DNA of 63,975 nucleotides, counting the filler, from Octopus bimaculoides (taxonomy: Eukaryota), in NCBI RefSeq assembly GCF_001194135.2. It is 10 parts of 8 records of this genome, joined end to end, with 100 filler letters (N's around TTAATTAATTAA, not from the genome) between each part and the next. Parts side by side here need not be neighbours in the genome. Positions count along the whole stretch, not along the records: positions 28,727 to 41,052 come from NC_068984.1; positions 41,153 to 49,548 come from NC_068982.1; positions 49,649 to 53,077 come from NC_068995.1; 7 more parts are not named here. One strand, given 5' to 3'. Of this stretch, positions 38,607 to 49,799 are shown in pieces. The notes below the pieces were generated by a model. The model worked only from the letters and a program-made list of their open reading frames with translations. It had not been told where the DNA came from and made no database searches. A program made the position numbers and the translations under genes. Each line of letters starts with the position of its first letter. Position 1 is the stretch's first letter.

Positions 38607-39154
38607 TGCCTTGATGAAGTACCAGGCATTGGTACGCACGGTTTTTGATCCTAACTGATTGGAAGTTTTATCAGATACATGTTTTATCCTGGTATAAAAG
38701 TAGGGCTACAGCAAATATTCTGTGCAATACCAGAGATTCACTTGTCATTTATTTGACCTTAATTAGTTGAGCATGTCCCTTAGTGACTGGCGATATGTGC
38801 ATCTCTGATCATGAACAGGAATAGTGGGGTAGCATCATAGCCATGTGTTGAGAACTATTCTTTGGGGTTGGAATGATTCACCTCTGGAACACGGGTGTTT
38901 CGTACAACAACATTTAAAAATAACCTTATTCAAGGACCTTTTGAGCAGGATGGGCTTCTCGCCCTGGAGGAAATTCTAACCAGGCCGCACCTGCAAGGTC
39001 ATGCACTGTTTATCATGAGATGAGATTATCATATGTCCAGCATATATGGTTGTGATGCATGAGCCTGGTGTACTTTTATTAGACAGGTAGTCATAATGGG
39101 TATACTGGGCTTCGTATAATTGTCAGCTTGATGGCATGCGCTGCTCTGTCACTC
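38607..39154 (+). mobile_element. Family D repeat, second tandem copy
   Basis: Colinear with 37990-38510; an internal D fragment (~38556-38603) precedes it. Confidence 0.88.
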
Positions 39155-39155
39155 A

Positions 39156-39250
<95 letters not shown>

Positions 39251-39852
39251 AAGAAGAAGAAGAAGAAGAAGAAGAANNNNNNNNNNNNNNNNNNNNNNNN
39301 NNNNNNNNNNNNNNNNNNNNNNNNNNNNNNNNNNNNNNNNNNNNNNNNNNNNNNNNNNNNNNNNNNNNNNNNNNNNNNNNNNNNNNNNNNNNNNNNNNNN
39401 NNNNNNNNNNNNNNNNNNNNNNNNNNNNNNNNNNNNNNNNNNNNNNNNNNNNNNNNNNNNNNNNNNNNNNNNNNNNNNNNNNNNNNNNNNNNNNNNNNNN
39501 NNNNNNNNNNNNNNNNNNNNNNNNNNNNNNNNNNNNNNNNNNNNNNNNNNNNNNNNNNNNNNNNNNNNNNNNNNNNNNNNNNNNNNNNNNNNNNNNNNNN
39601 NNNNNNNNNNNNNNNNNNNNNNNNNNNNNNNNNNNNNNNNNNNNNNNNNNNNNNNNNNNNNNNNNNNNNNNNNNNNNNNNNNNNNNNNNNNNNNNNNNNN
39701 NNNNNNNNNNNNNNNNNNNNNNNNNNNNNNNNNNNNNNNNNNNNNNNNNNNNNNNNNNNNNNNNNNNNNNNNNNNNNNNNNNNNNNNNNNGCGCTCGGTA
39801 GTGAAGTGAAAGCACGTTATAAAAATAAAACTACTGAACAATAATAATAATA

Positions 39853-39928
<76 letters not shown>

Positions 39929-39992
39929 GAAAAGAAGAAGAAGAAGAAGAAGAAGAAGAAGAAGAAGAAGAAGAAGAAGAAGAAGAAGAAGA

Positions 39993-40978
39993 AAACTTAG
40001 CATGTTATGCAAAACAAAAAAAGTGCCACAGAACCGCTATTATTAGAAGTAAGAATGTCAGGCGTGTGTAGGATGAAAGATTTCAAAGATAAAGCACTAT
40101 ACAAGAAATTGAAAACGAATGAAACTGAAAATAGGTGAGTAAAGAAAAGAATGCATGGTCAATTTCATAGGAACGTTGAAGATAAGACAGACAGAGAAAA
40201 AAGATGGCTGTAGATGACTAATAGTGATTTAAAACGGAAAACGGAGACTCTAATCTGTGCTGCCCAAGAGCAAGCACTAAGAACAAACTACATAAAATAG
40301 AGAATAGACAACACAGCAGAAAGTGATAAATGCACAATCTGTGGACAAAATGGTAAAACTGTATGGCATATTACCAGCCAATGTAAGCAACTAGCCCAGA
40401 AGGAATATAAGAGACGCCACGACAATATAGTCAGGCTTGTTCATTGGACACTTTGCAAAAAGTATGGACGTGACAGAGCAAAAAATTGGTACGACCACAA
40501 ACCTGAAGGCATCGTCGAAAATAGAAATGCAAAGATCCTATGGGATTTTATGATTCAGTGCGACCATGAGATAGAGAATAGGAAGCCGGACATAGTCTTA
40601 GTTCAGAAAGAAAACAAATTATGCTAGATCATAAATATAGCATGCCCAGCTGACAACAAGGTATGCTATAAGGAAGAAAGAAAAGTCGAGAGATATGACA
40701 GGTTAGCTTGGGAAGTTAAGCAGTTGTGGTCGATGCAAAAAGGTAGCAGTAGTACCAATAATTGTCGAAGCCCTGGGAATAGTGAGCAAAAATCGCGAGA
40801 GGTACGTGGAATAAATAGGGGCTGCAATAAGGGTGGAGCATTTGCAGAAAACAGTACTGATTGGAACCACTCGAATACTCCGGAAGGTGCTCGGAAAATA
40901 AGAGGTGTTACCTTAGCTCACTGGTAGTGAACAGCTGACACTGTAGTACATCTCCAGCGTTAGAAGCTGTACAAAGGC

Positions 40979-40980
<2 letters not shown>
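39993..40980 (+). mobile_element. R4/Dong-clade non-LTR retrotransposon 3' portion (CCHC finger plus restriction-like endonuclease), with (TAA)n tail
   Basis: MHGQF (40151); ETLICAAQEQALRTNY; CTICGQNGKTVWHITSQC; RRHDNI; KILWDFMIQCDHEIENRKPDIVLV; VPIIVEALG. Three in-frame stops and a frameshift; (TAA)n at 40979-41037. Confidence 0.92.
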
Positions 40981-41040
<60 letters not shown>

Positions 41041-41192
41041 CCAACAACTCAANNNNNNNNNNNNNNNNNNNNNNNNNNNNNNNNNNNNNNNNNNNNTTAA
41101 TTAATTAANNNNNNNNNNNNNNNNNNNNNNNNNNNNNNNNNNNNNNNNNNNNGCTAGCCACTACACATTCTTTCTTTTTTTCTCTCCTTGTT

Positions 41193-41230
41193 TCTTTCTA
41201 TGGAAGAGAGTAGGCTCGAAACGTTAAAGA
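41193..41230 (+). ncRNA. Decayed minimal HHR-like motif in a PLE-type terminal fragment (~41153-41328)
   Basis: tcttt CTATGGA A gaga-gtag-gctc GAAA CG TT aaaga. Helix I is 5 bp, helix II 3/4, CG palindromic loop; core mutated. Confidence 0.42.
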
Positions 41231-41333
41231 CTTTTTCACTTCCCGAGCGTTATACTAATACATCTGTTTGTTTTCTACACCACCTGTCTTCGTCTTTTGT
41301 TTTTCTTTTTGTGAATTCTTCCCCTATATATAT

Positions 41334-41700
41334 GAAGTGGCTGTGTAGTAAGAAGCTTGCTTCCCAACAACATGGTTCCGGGTTCAGTTCCACAGCGTGG
41401 CACCTTGAGCAAGTGTCTTCTGCTATAGCCTCGGGCCGGCCAAAGCCTTGTGTGTGAATTTGGTAGACGGAAACTGAAAGAAGTCGTATATATATATATG
41501 TGCGTGTGTGTGTATGTGTCCCACCATCGCTTGACAACCGCTGTCGGTGTGTTTACATCTCTGTAACTTAACGGTTTGGCAAAAGGGACTGATGGAACAA
41601 GTACTAGGCTTACAAAGAATGTCCTGGGAGTTGATTTGTTCGACTAAAGGCGGTGCTCCAGCATGGCCACAATCGAATGACTGAAACAAGTAAAAGAATA
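41334..41700 (+). mobile_element. SINE family B
   Basis: gtggctgtgtagtaagaagcttgcttccc...ggcggtgctccagcatggccacaatcgaatgactgaaacaagtaaaag. Confidence 0.92.
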
Positions 41701-42784
41701 TGTGTGTGTGTGTGTGTATGTACATACTGAGAACTATAATAGTTTGTTGTGATGATGTTGGTAAGGTGTTAGTCAATAGAAGTTACGGTGATAGTGGTGG
41801 TGGTGGTGGTGGTTACAAATAGTAAGGTGCGGACGGCAAACAATATACCTTTTGAAATCAAAAAAGAAAAACACACTCTAATTTCACGTATGCACATTAA
41901 AACAATAAGTCGTCACCGCCACTGCCTCTACCATGATTACCAACGATAAACAGACAACAGCCGTCACAAACAAAAAATAAACACCACCACCACCACCACC
42001 ACCACTAGCATTTACTATTATCATCTCTTATTTTCTCGCTTTCTTTTCTACTTCTATTTCTTTTTGCTCTCGTTTTCCCTCTCTCTTACATAAATCCTAA
42101 ACTCTTCTCTCTCTCAGTCTCTCCCCCTCTCTCTTTCTCTCTGTATCTTTCCGCACCCACAATTATCACCCCCACTGTCACGACTCTCGTCTCTGTTACT
42201 ATCCATTACGACCAACTGTTTCCTTTTCGCTATGTTCAAGTTACTTCCTTTAGCTAGACATAAAACTTACGTAGATAGGAAACTTACGTAGATATGTAGT
42301 ATTATAGAAATAGGAAAAATTATTGAATTCTTTCTTAGCTTCTATACAACATACAGCACACAGAGTGGGTGGGATGTTCCACAGTTCTACAAAATCCGGT
42401 AATAAAACACTCGATGAAACCGATCAAGACATAACGTAAGATGTAAATACGTTTTCCTTCATTTTTCGTCTCTAGATCTGAAATAAATAGTCTGAAAAGC
42501 TATGATAGTAGTGGTACTGTTCTTGAGAAAACTCTCAGAACAGATCAATGTGAGCTTAAGCGATAAAGATTATGAAAGAGAAAACAAGACTTGTTGCTTA
42601 ACGGCAGATTTGATTTATATACGAGAAACTCTGTCGGTTATCGATAGAACAGATAGCAGTAAAACACTAAGAGTCAATTCAACATACGAACACGAAAATA
42701 TAAAACTGACTGTGGTTCTGCTGTCTGACATCTTCCTATAATCCGAGGCTTTATCGCTATCTTTTTTGTTATTCTTATCGTTAT

Positions 42785-42945
42785 CTTTTTCTGTTTCAGT
42801 CGTTGGGCGGCGGCCATACTGGAGCACCGCTTTGAAGGGTTTTAGTCGAACAAATTGATTACAATATCTATTTTCTATTTTTTAACCTTGGTATTTATTC
42901 TCACAACGCCTGGTCTGGGAATCGAAACCGCGATCCGATGATCCT
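42785..42945 (-). mobile_element. SINE family B 3' fragment
   Basis: tgtttcagtc...gcggccatactggagcaccgc is the reverse complement of the family B tail. Confidence 0.75.
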
Positions 42946-43250
42946 ATGTGAGTGTTTATTGAGCGAAAACACCTAAAAAGCTCCACGAGGCTCCGGCAGG
43001 GGATGGTGGTGAACCCTGCTGTACTCTTTCACAACTTTCTCTCACTCTTACTTCCTGTTTCCGTTGTGCCTGTAATGCAAAGGATCAGCCTTGTCACACT
43101 GTGTCACGCTGAATATCCCCGAGAACTACGTTAAGGGTACACGTGTCTGTGGAGTGCTCAGCCACTTGCACGTTAATTTCACGAGCAGGCTGTTCCGTTG
43201 ATTGGATCAACTTGAACCCTCGACGTCGTAAGCGACGGAGTGCCAACAAC
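42946..43250 (+). mobile_element. Repeat carrying the SINE-C 3' tail but a different 5' part
   Basis: 43080-43250 matches 11090-11240; 42946-43075 does not match the tRNA head of the 10929 copy. Confidence 0.75.
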
Positions 43251-43419
43251 AATTTATTCTATCGATCTCNNNNNNNNNNNNNNNNNNNNNNNNNNNNNNN
43301 NNNNNNNNNNNNNNNNNNNNNNNNNNNNNNNNNNNNNNNNNNNNNNNNNNNNNNNNNNNNNNNNNNNNNNNNNNNNNNNNNNNNNNCACACACACACACA
43401 CACACACACGTTTATATAT

Positions 43420-43639
43420 GATGGGCGTCCACACAATTTCCGTCTGTTAAATTCATTCATAAAGCATTGGCCATTCCGGGGATATAGTAGAAGACACCTG
43501 ACCAAGGTGTTCTGCATAGTGGATCTAAGCCTCAAAACCACATGATTTCAAAGAGAATTTCTTGACCATACAGCCATATCTGATCCTATTTTTATTTATT
43601 TATTTATTTTACATATTTTTTCGTCCGAAGAGGAAAGAC

Positions 43640-43674
<35 letters not shown>

Positions 43675-44315
43675 AGTGTGTTTGTGTCTATGTTTGCCCT
43701 CCGCCCCACCGCTTGACAACCAATGCTGGTTCATTTAGGTTCCCGTAATTTGGTAATTACATGATCGTTTTCAGAGTTTCCGTAATTGGTGGGACACAGG
43801 ATGTTATCCTCAAACCCGATGGAAACCTGATTTGAATGCTTGCACAAACAGGGTGTATCCTGATAAAGATACGCATGAGCCGAGGGAGGTGTTACACCAG
43901 GAGACGGATTAAAACCAATTTTGCTAATCTTAATCATATTCCATTCTTTTCGTTCTGCCTTTATCATTGAATTGCGGCCGTGCTGGAGCATCACCTTCAA
44001 GGATTTAGCCGATCAAATTGACACCAGAACCCTTTTTTTCCCCTTAAAATCTGATACTGATTCTATCGGTCTGTTTTGCCTAACCGCTCATTACAGGGAT
44101 GCGAACAAACCAATACTGTTTTTCAAGCAACGGTGCAAAAAAAAACAACACAAATACAAACGCGCACACACACACACACACACACACACAAAGGGCTTCA
44201 AGAGTTTCCATTAACCAAATTCACTGTAGAAGACATTTACCCAAGGGGCCGAGCAGTGGAACTGAACCCGAAATCACAAGTTTTCAAAACGAATTTCTTA
44301 ACCACACTACACTTT
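43420..44315 (-). mobile_element. Cluster of SINE family B fragments (43420-43580 minus, 43680-43752 plus, 43960-44315 minus)
   Basis: gcggccgtgctggagca tail rc; gtggaactgaacccgaaatcac and ttcttaaccac head rc; cgcttgacaacc internal motif. Confidence 0.78.
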
Positions 44316-44488
44316 TATTTTATTCTTGCTAATATTCTTTTGTAATTTTTTTTTATCACGTCAATTTCTATCTATTTTAGTTCCAGCAAACTTGGTCAAC
44401 TACTGTGACTAAGATGTAATTACTGTTCCATTTCGTTCAGATAAACTGTTTGTTTTTTGTTTCTATATTTGTAATTTCTAATTGCTTC

Positions 44489-44531
<43 letters not shown>

Positions 44532-45146
44532 GAGTGAGAGAGCAGTGCATGCTATCAAAGTGACACTGGGGTAAAATATACGAAGCCCATTATACCCATC
44601 ATGACTATCCGTCTGATAAGGGTACACCAGGCACATGCATCACAACCATATGTGCGCGACATGGTGATCTCACATCAAGATAAACAGCGCATGACCTCGC
44701 AGGTGGGGCCCAGTTAGTATTTTCTTCAGGTCGAGAAGCCCATTCCGCTCAAAAGGTCCCCGAATAAGGTTTGTTTAAGGATGTTGAGCAAAACACCCAT
44801 GTTTCCNNNNNNNNNNNNNNNNNNNNNNNNNNNNNNNNNNNNNNNNNNNNNNNNNNNNNNNNNNNNNNNNNNNNNNNNNNNNNNNNNNNNNNNNNNNNNN
44901 NNNNNNNNNNNNNNNNNNNNNNNNNNNNNNNNNNNNNNNNNNNNNNNNNNNNGCTCATGATCAGAGATGCACATATCGTCAGTCACCAAGGGACATGCTC
45001 AACTGGTTATGGTCAAACAACTGACAAGCAAATCTATGGTATTAAGCAGAATATTTGCTGTAGCCCAAAACAATGTACATGATAACACTTCCAATCAATT
45101 AAGATCAGAAGCCATGAGAGCCATTGCCTAGTACTGCATCCGGGCA
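44532..45146 (-). mobile_element. Family D repeat, inverted copy with internal N gap
   Basis: gagtgagagagcagtgcatgc...gtactgcatccgggca flanked by (TTA)n on both sides. Confidence 0.88.
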
Positions 45147-45174
45147 TTTATTATTATTATTATTATTATTATTA

Positions 45175-45236
<62 letters not shown>

Positions 45237-45242
45237 AATATC

Positions 45243-45546
45243 TAGCTCTGAGTTAAAATCTCACCGAAGTCAACTTTCAAACCTTTTGAAACCAGTACCA
45301 GTCATATATTGTGTTAATGTAGTCGGCTTCTCCCTCCCCTCGAAACTGTTGACCTTGTGCCTATTATTATTGTTGGCCCTGTGCCATTGCGTCCGTCTTT
45401 ACGTTCTGAGTTCAAATTCATCCGAGGTCGACTTTGCCTTTCATCCTTTCGGGGTCGATAAAATAAGTACCAGTTGAACACTGGGGTCGATGTAATCGAA
45501 TCATTCCTTACCCCCAAATTGCTGCCCTTGTGGCAAAATTTGAAAC

Positions 45547-45547
<1 letters not shown>
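45243..45547 (+). mobile_element. Two SINE family A copies (one partial)
   Basis: gaggtcgactttgcctttcatcctttcggggtcgataaaataagtaccagttg at ~45424-45476. Confidence 0.88.
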
Positions 45548-45597
<50 letters not shown>

Positions 45598-46019
45598 CAT
45601 TATTATTATTATCATTATTATTATTATTATCATTATTATTATTATTATCATTATTATTATTAGTGTCTGGAAAGAGAAGACGCTTGTTCATGGCTCGTGG
45701 GTTTTTTTTTTANNNNNNNNNNNNNNNNNNNNNNNNNNNNNNNNNNNNNNNNNNNNNNNNNNNNNNNNNNNNNNNNNNNAATTGATATGATCGAGAGACA
45801 AATCATATACAACAACAACAGCAACAACAACAACAACAACAACAACAGCAGCAGTAATGAGCAGGATAAAATTTTAAATGACACAAGCACGACAAACACC
45901 ACCGTCCCACCACCACCACCACCACTACAAACAACAATACAACATACACAGCAGTCATTCTTATTTCTATACAAAATAGGAACTGTTTCGTATAGGCGAG
46001 TCGTCAAATGGAAAAGTTG

Positions 46020-46430
46020 ACGTGTCAGAAAAAACGTTGTCATACCAAAGCGCACTTAACAAAGAATGGAAAATTACTATTTTTAAACACACCAGAGGAA
46101 ATACTGAAAGATATTTGAAAAAAACTTATTATATACAAAAGTATTTCAACAAAAACCAGGAGACTAGAGTGACCCAGATTGAAAAATGCCTAAAACCAGC
46201 CTGAGAGATAAAAACTTATCTCGTCCGTGGGAGACGCTTTGGCAAAGTTGAGGTGAGATTCATAATTGAAAAAAAAGTCAAAGAAATTGCAATAACAACC
46301 CTCAAAACGAAGAACTGTAGATAATTCCACCATACCTCGGTTGGCGGGTGGTTAAAATAATGGAAGCAGAGGTAGTACATCTCTTTGCTGATGGCAGTTG
46401 TATTATGCGGCACAGAGAATAAAACAATAA
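46020..46430 (+). mobile_element. Possible LINE ORF1-like remnant
   Basis: TLSYQSALNKEWKITIFK...EKCLKPA*EIKTYLVRGRRFGKVEVRF looks coding and is broken by stops; family assignment rests on weak recognition. Confidence 0.3.
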
Positions 46431-46594
46431 TTTGGGAAAGTGCATAAAATGGGAAAGGAAAATTGGTCAGGAACGGGAATGGGATTATAGATACACGCTA
46501 ATTAGAGAGTATCGATGCTATCCCTGATCTAGTCAACCTCTCTATTGGTACACAACTATTCGTAGCAGTTGGGGGCAGAAAACCGAGATGCCGG

Positions 46595-46716
46595 CATCGA
46601 CTTTGCCTTTCATCCTTACAGAATCGATAAAATAAGTACCAGTTGAGCATTGAGGTCGATGTAATCGAGTAGCGCTCTCTCAACAAATTTCAGGCCTTGC
46701 GCCTATAGCAGAAAGA
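46595..46716 (+). mobile_element. SINE family A 3' half
   Basis: tcgactttgcctttcatcc...tcgataaaataagtaccagttgagc...ccttgcgcctatagcagaaag. Confidence 0.85.
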
Positions 46717-46806
46717 TTATTATTATTATATTTTGTTGTTCACGGATTTGGCATTTTCCCCCGGATTAATTAGGCTTCCCATCGAATTAAAACTCATGGC
46801 CTAGAA

Positions 46807-47059
46807 TAGTGGTTCTCAGCCGGGGTCCATATGACTCTTAGGTCATATAAGATTTTGCTATAAAATTTTATCTCCAGTAAATTGATTAAACTTCTACAAT
46901 ACACAAAATATTTTAACAATTTCTCATACAACTTTTAATATATAATTATAAAGACATAAGATTTTTAAAACCATCATATGGCTATGGTGGGGTCCTTCCG
47001 AGTAAAATAGTAATCAACGAGGTACACAAGTAAAAAAATATAATGGTTGAGAAACACTG
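46807..47059. mobile_element. hAT (Charlie-type) MITE
   Basis: TIRs tagtggttctcagcc and ggttgagaaacactg; 8-bp TSD-like flanks gcctagaa/gactaaaa (6/8, central TA). Confidence 0.78.
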
Positions 47060-47199
47060 GACTAAAATGAAGAGCATTTTGTATTTTCTACTGAAAAATT
47101 TTGATGTTCTCCATAGCTATTCTTACATTCTATTGAGAACTTCTTTGGTTAATTCTTGCCGAATGTTAATAGACATGTTTTCTACACTGCACCTACTCT

Positions 47200-47520
47200 C
47201 AAGTTAAAATCAAGTTGTTCAAGATTTGTTCGGTCATGTTCTCAAGGTCCCAATAATAATTGACGATATCATGACCTTGTAAATTTCTCTATTCCAACAC
47301 TTCAGAAACTCCTGTTTCGAGTGTTTAGAATCCTCTACTTTTTCTTTTTGCTTACTTTTTACTTTCGTATCAAATAGGTGTGTCATGTCGATTACAATGC
47401 ATGAGTCCGTCTTCCTGTCAACGACTGCAATATCCAACTATCGTGCCCTATTTTTGGCATACTAACACAAGTCTGCACCCCATTGACTTTATTTTCTTAT
47501 ATCTTTCAGAAAAATTGGTA
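47200..47520 (-). mobile_element. R4/Dong-like restriction-like endonuclease fragment
   Basis: MDIAVVDRKTDSCIVIDMTHLFDTKVKSKQKEKVEDSKHSKQEFLKCWNR..ISSIIIGTLRT is parallel to the KPDIVLV...KVERY...VPIIVEALG region of the 40-kb element. Confidence 0.72.
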
Positions 47521-47889
47521 TTTTTAATGAAATTTTCTATAAATACATTTCAGATGATGTAGACTACAGTTACATTGCAATTTAATGCGCAAAAATAATT
47601 GGTGTCGGTTGGCGTGTACACTTACATACTGACATACGTCACATATATTTCTACAAAACGAAACTTGAAATTTTGAAAAATTATGTGATGTGCGTCAGTA
47701 TGCATAAGTGCGCGCCCACAAATTTCTTTTTGATTACGTTTAATTCCTTTGTAATCGTAATCTATGTCACCTGAAAGGTATTTGGGGGAAAATTTCATTT
47801 ACAATTATCCGGTTTCTTCTGAAAATTATGAAGAAATGAAGTCGGCATGTGTGAATTATCCGAATTTCCGCACGTGTTTGTGCGTGTAC

Positions 47890-47951
<62 letters not shown>

Positions 47952-48149
47952 GATCAGCCTTGTGATATTTGTTCCGGCTCTGTGGAATCCGAATTCAAAT
48001 TACAAGTATCAAAAAAAAAAAAAGGCGTAAAGGAAGGAAAATAAAGAATAAAAGGTAAAACCTTTATCACGACTTATGACAGACGGTCAGTATGAGCTGT
48101 TTAATTGTTTGAATATCCTGTTCTAATGAAAGTTTGCATGCAACAACCA

Positions 48150-48291
48150 CCATAGACGCATGTGTAGAAGATTACTTTTCAACCACATGGCTCGGGATCA
48201 GTCCCACTGCATAACACATTTGAGCAAGCGTCTTCTGCTATAATCCTGGACCGACCAAAGCCTTGTGAGTGGATTTCGTAGACGGAACATA
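48150..48291 (+). mobile_element. SINE family B 5' half, interrupted by a mariner
   Basis: ccacatggctcgggatcagtcccactgc...ccttgtgagtggatttcgtagacggaac ends at the mariner TIR. Confidence 0.82.
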
Positions 48292-48293
48292 TA

Positions 48294-49548
48294 CAGGGTG
48301 CGTAAGATATTTAAATACAGATTTATGTTTATAACAAAGAAAAAAAGATCAGACATATAATAACAGATGATAAATTTATTATCATAAAATGCTATGAAGA
48401 TAAAAATAAACCTTCTTTTCTATGTTATTCAATAAAGCCACCTTCAACCTCAATAACAATTTGTATATGAGATCTAAGTTGTCTACATGCTCGAATCAAG
48501 TGCTCCTGGTTCATTTTGGACATTACTCTGACTATGGCGGCTTTCAAAGATATTTTTTTTTTGTGTGTTATAGGCTTGTTCATTGACCTCTCTTTCAACA
48601 ACGCTACATACATAATAGTCCAATGGATTGAGATCTGGAGAATTAGGAGGCCAAATGTTAGGTGTTATGTGATCATGAAATTTTTCAGCCATCCATTCCT
48701 GCGTGAGCCTTGTATGATAGTGTAGAGTCTTGCTGAAGCACATATGAGTTTCCATCACGTACACTGTCTATCCAGGTTTAACAACTGTTTCCAGGACCTC
48801 AATGTAGACAGCAGAGTTAACTCTAAGTTTGTGTGGAAAGAAATAAGTAGGCATCACATGTCCTTCATTACTGACAACCCCTAAAACCATGACAGTTACA
48901 GGAAATTTTTGCTTTTATAACTCTTGGATCTTCAGAAGGGTCTGCACATAACCACCTGTCATTTCTTTTGTTAATTTTTTGATCTTGGTCGAAGTTTTTC
49001 TCGACTGAGAAAAACCAAACCAAATCTTTTTCTGCTGGATTTTTCAGCCTTTTAGATATGACGTAGCGATTTTCTTTCGCTTTTTCTAAAATAATTGACC
49101 TTTCCTCATCATATATGACTTATGTCATGTCTTCGTGGACACCATTTAAGAATGTTCTTTCTGATTCATGGAGATCTCTTGCAATTGACCTCATGGCTTT
49201 TATGGGATTGTAATCAATGGTCTGTTGAACTTGTTGGATAAATTCAGGTGTTCTGATGATTTCAGAGCGTTTAGAATGTTTTTTAATGCTTTGATACTGG
49301 TGATATTTTTCCATTTTCGAGTTCTAACTCCTTACGAACCTTGTAGACGAAAGATCAGACAACTTTTAAAAATCGAGATATTTCTAAATCGCTACGCTCA
49401 GCCTTTATAGCCACGATAACAGCATGCCTCATTTCTTGAGTAAGCTGAGGGTTTGCCATTATTATCTTCTGAAACAAAGATTATATAGAGTTAGCAAAAA
49501 ATGCAGCAATGAACAAAAAAGGTGTCCTCAAATACCTTACGCATCCTG
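48294..49548 (-). mobile_element. Full-length (1255 bp) degenerate Tc1/mariner transposon, maT/DD37D-like
   Basis: TIRs cagggtgcgtaagatattt and rc caggatgcgtaaggtattt; TA before the left TIR; QQDS, WPPNSPDLNPLDYYV and RACRQLRSHIQIVIEVEGGFIE motifs. A frameshift makes D2-D3 spacing 36-37. Confidence 0.92.
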
Positions 49549-49648
49549 NNNNNNNNNNNNNNNNNNNNNNNNNNNNNNNNNNNNNNNNNNNNTTAATTAA
49601 TTAANNNNNNNNNNNNNNNNNNNNNNNNNNNNNNNNNNNNNNNNNNNN

Positions 49649-49708
<60 letters not shown>

Positions 49709-49799
49709 CGTGTACGATGGCTCCGTGACAGGGGAAGAACAAAACTGATCACTATGAACATTGTGCTCTCAGACAGAATCACACTTTACATCTTTGGCT

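Noticed and set aside
42615-42827. Minus-strand ORF ending LSVLSITDRV, resembling a GPCR TM3 DRY motif
   Set aside because: The ORF starts in a SINE-B fragment, stops immediately after the motif, and flanking frames show no further GPCR features.
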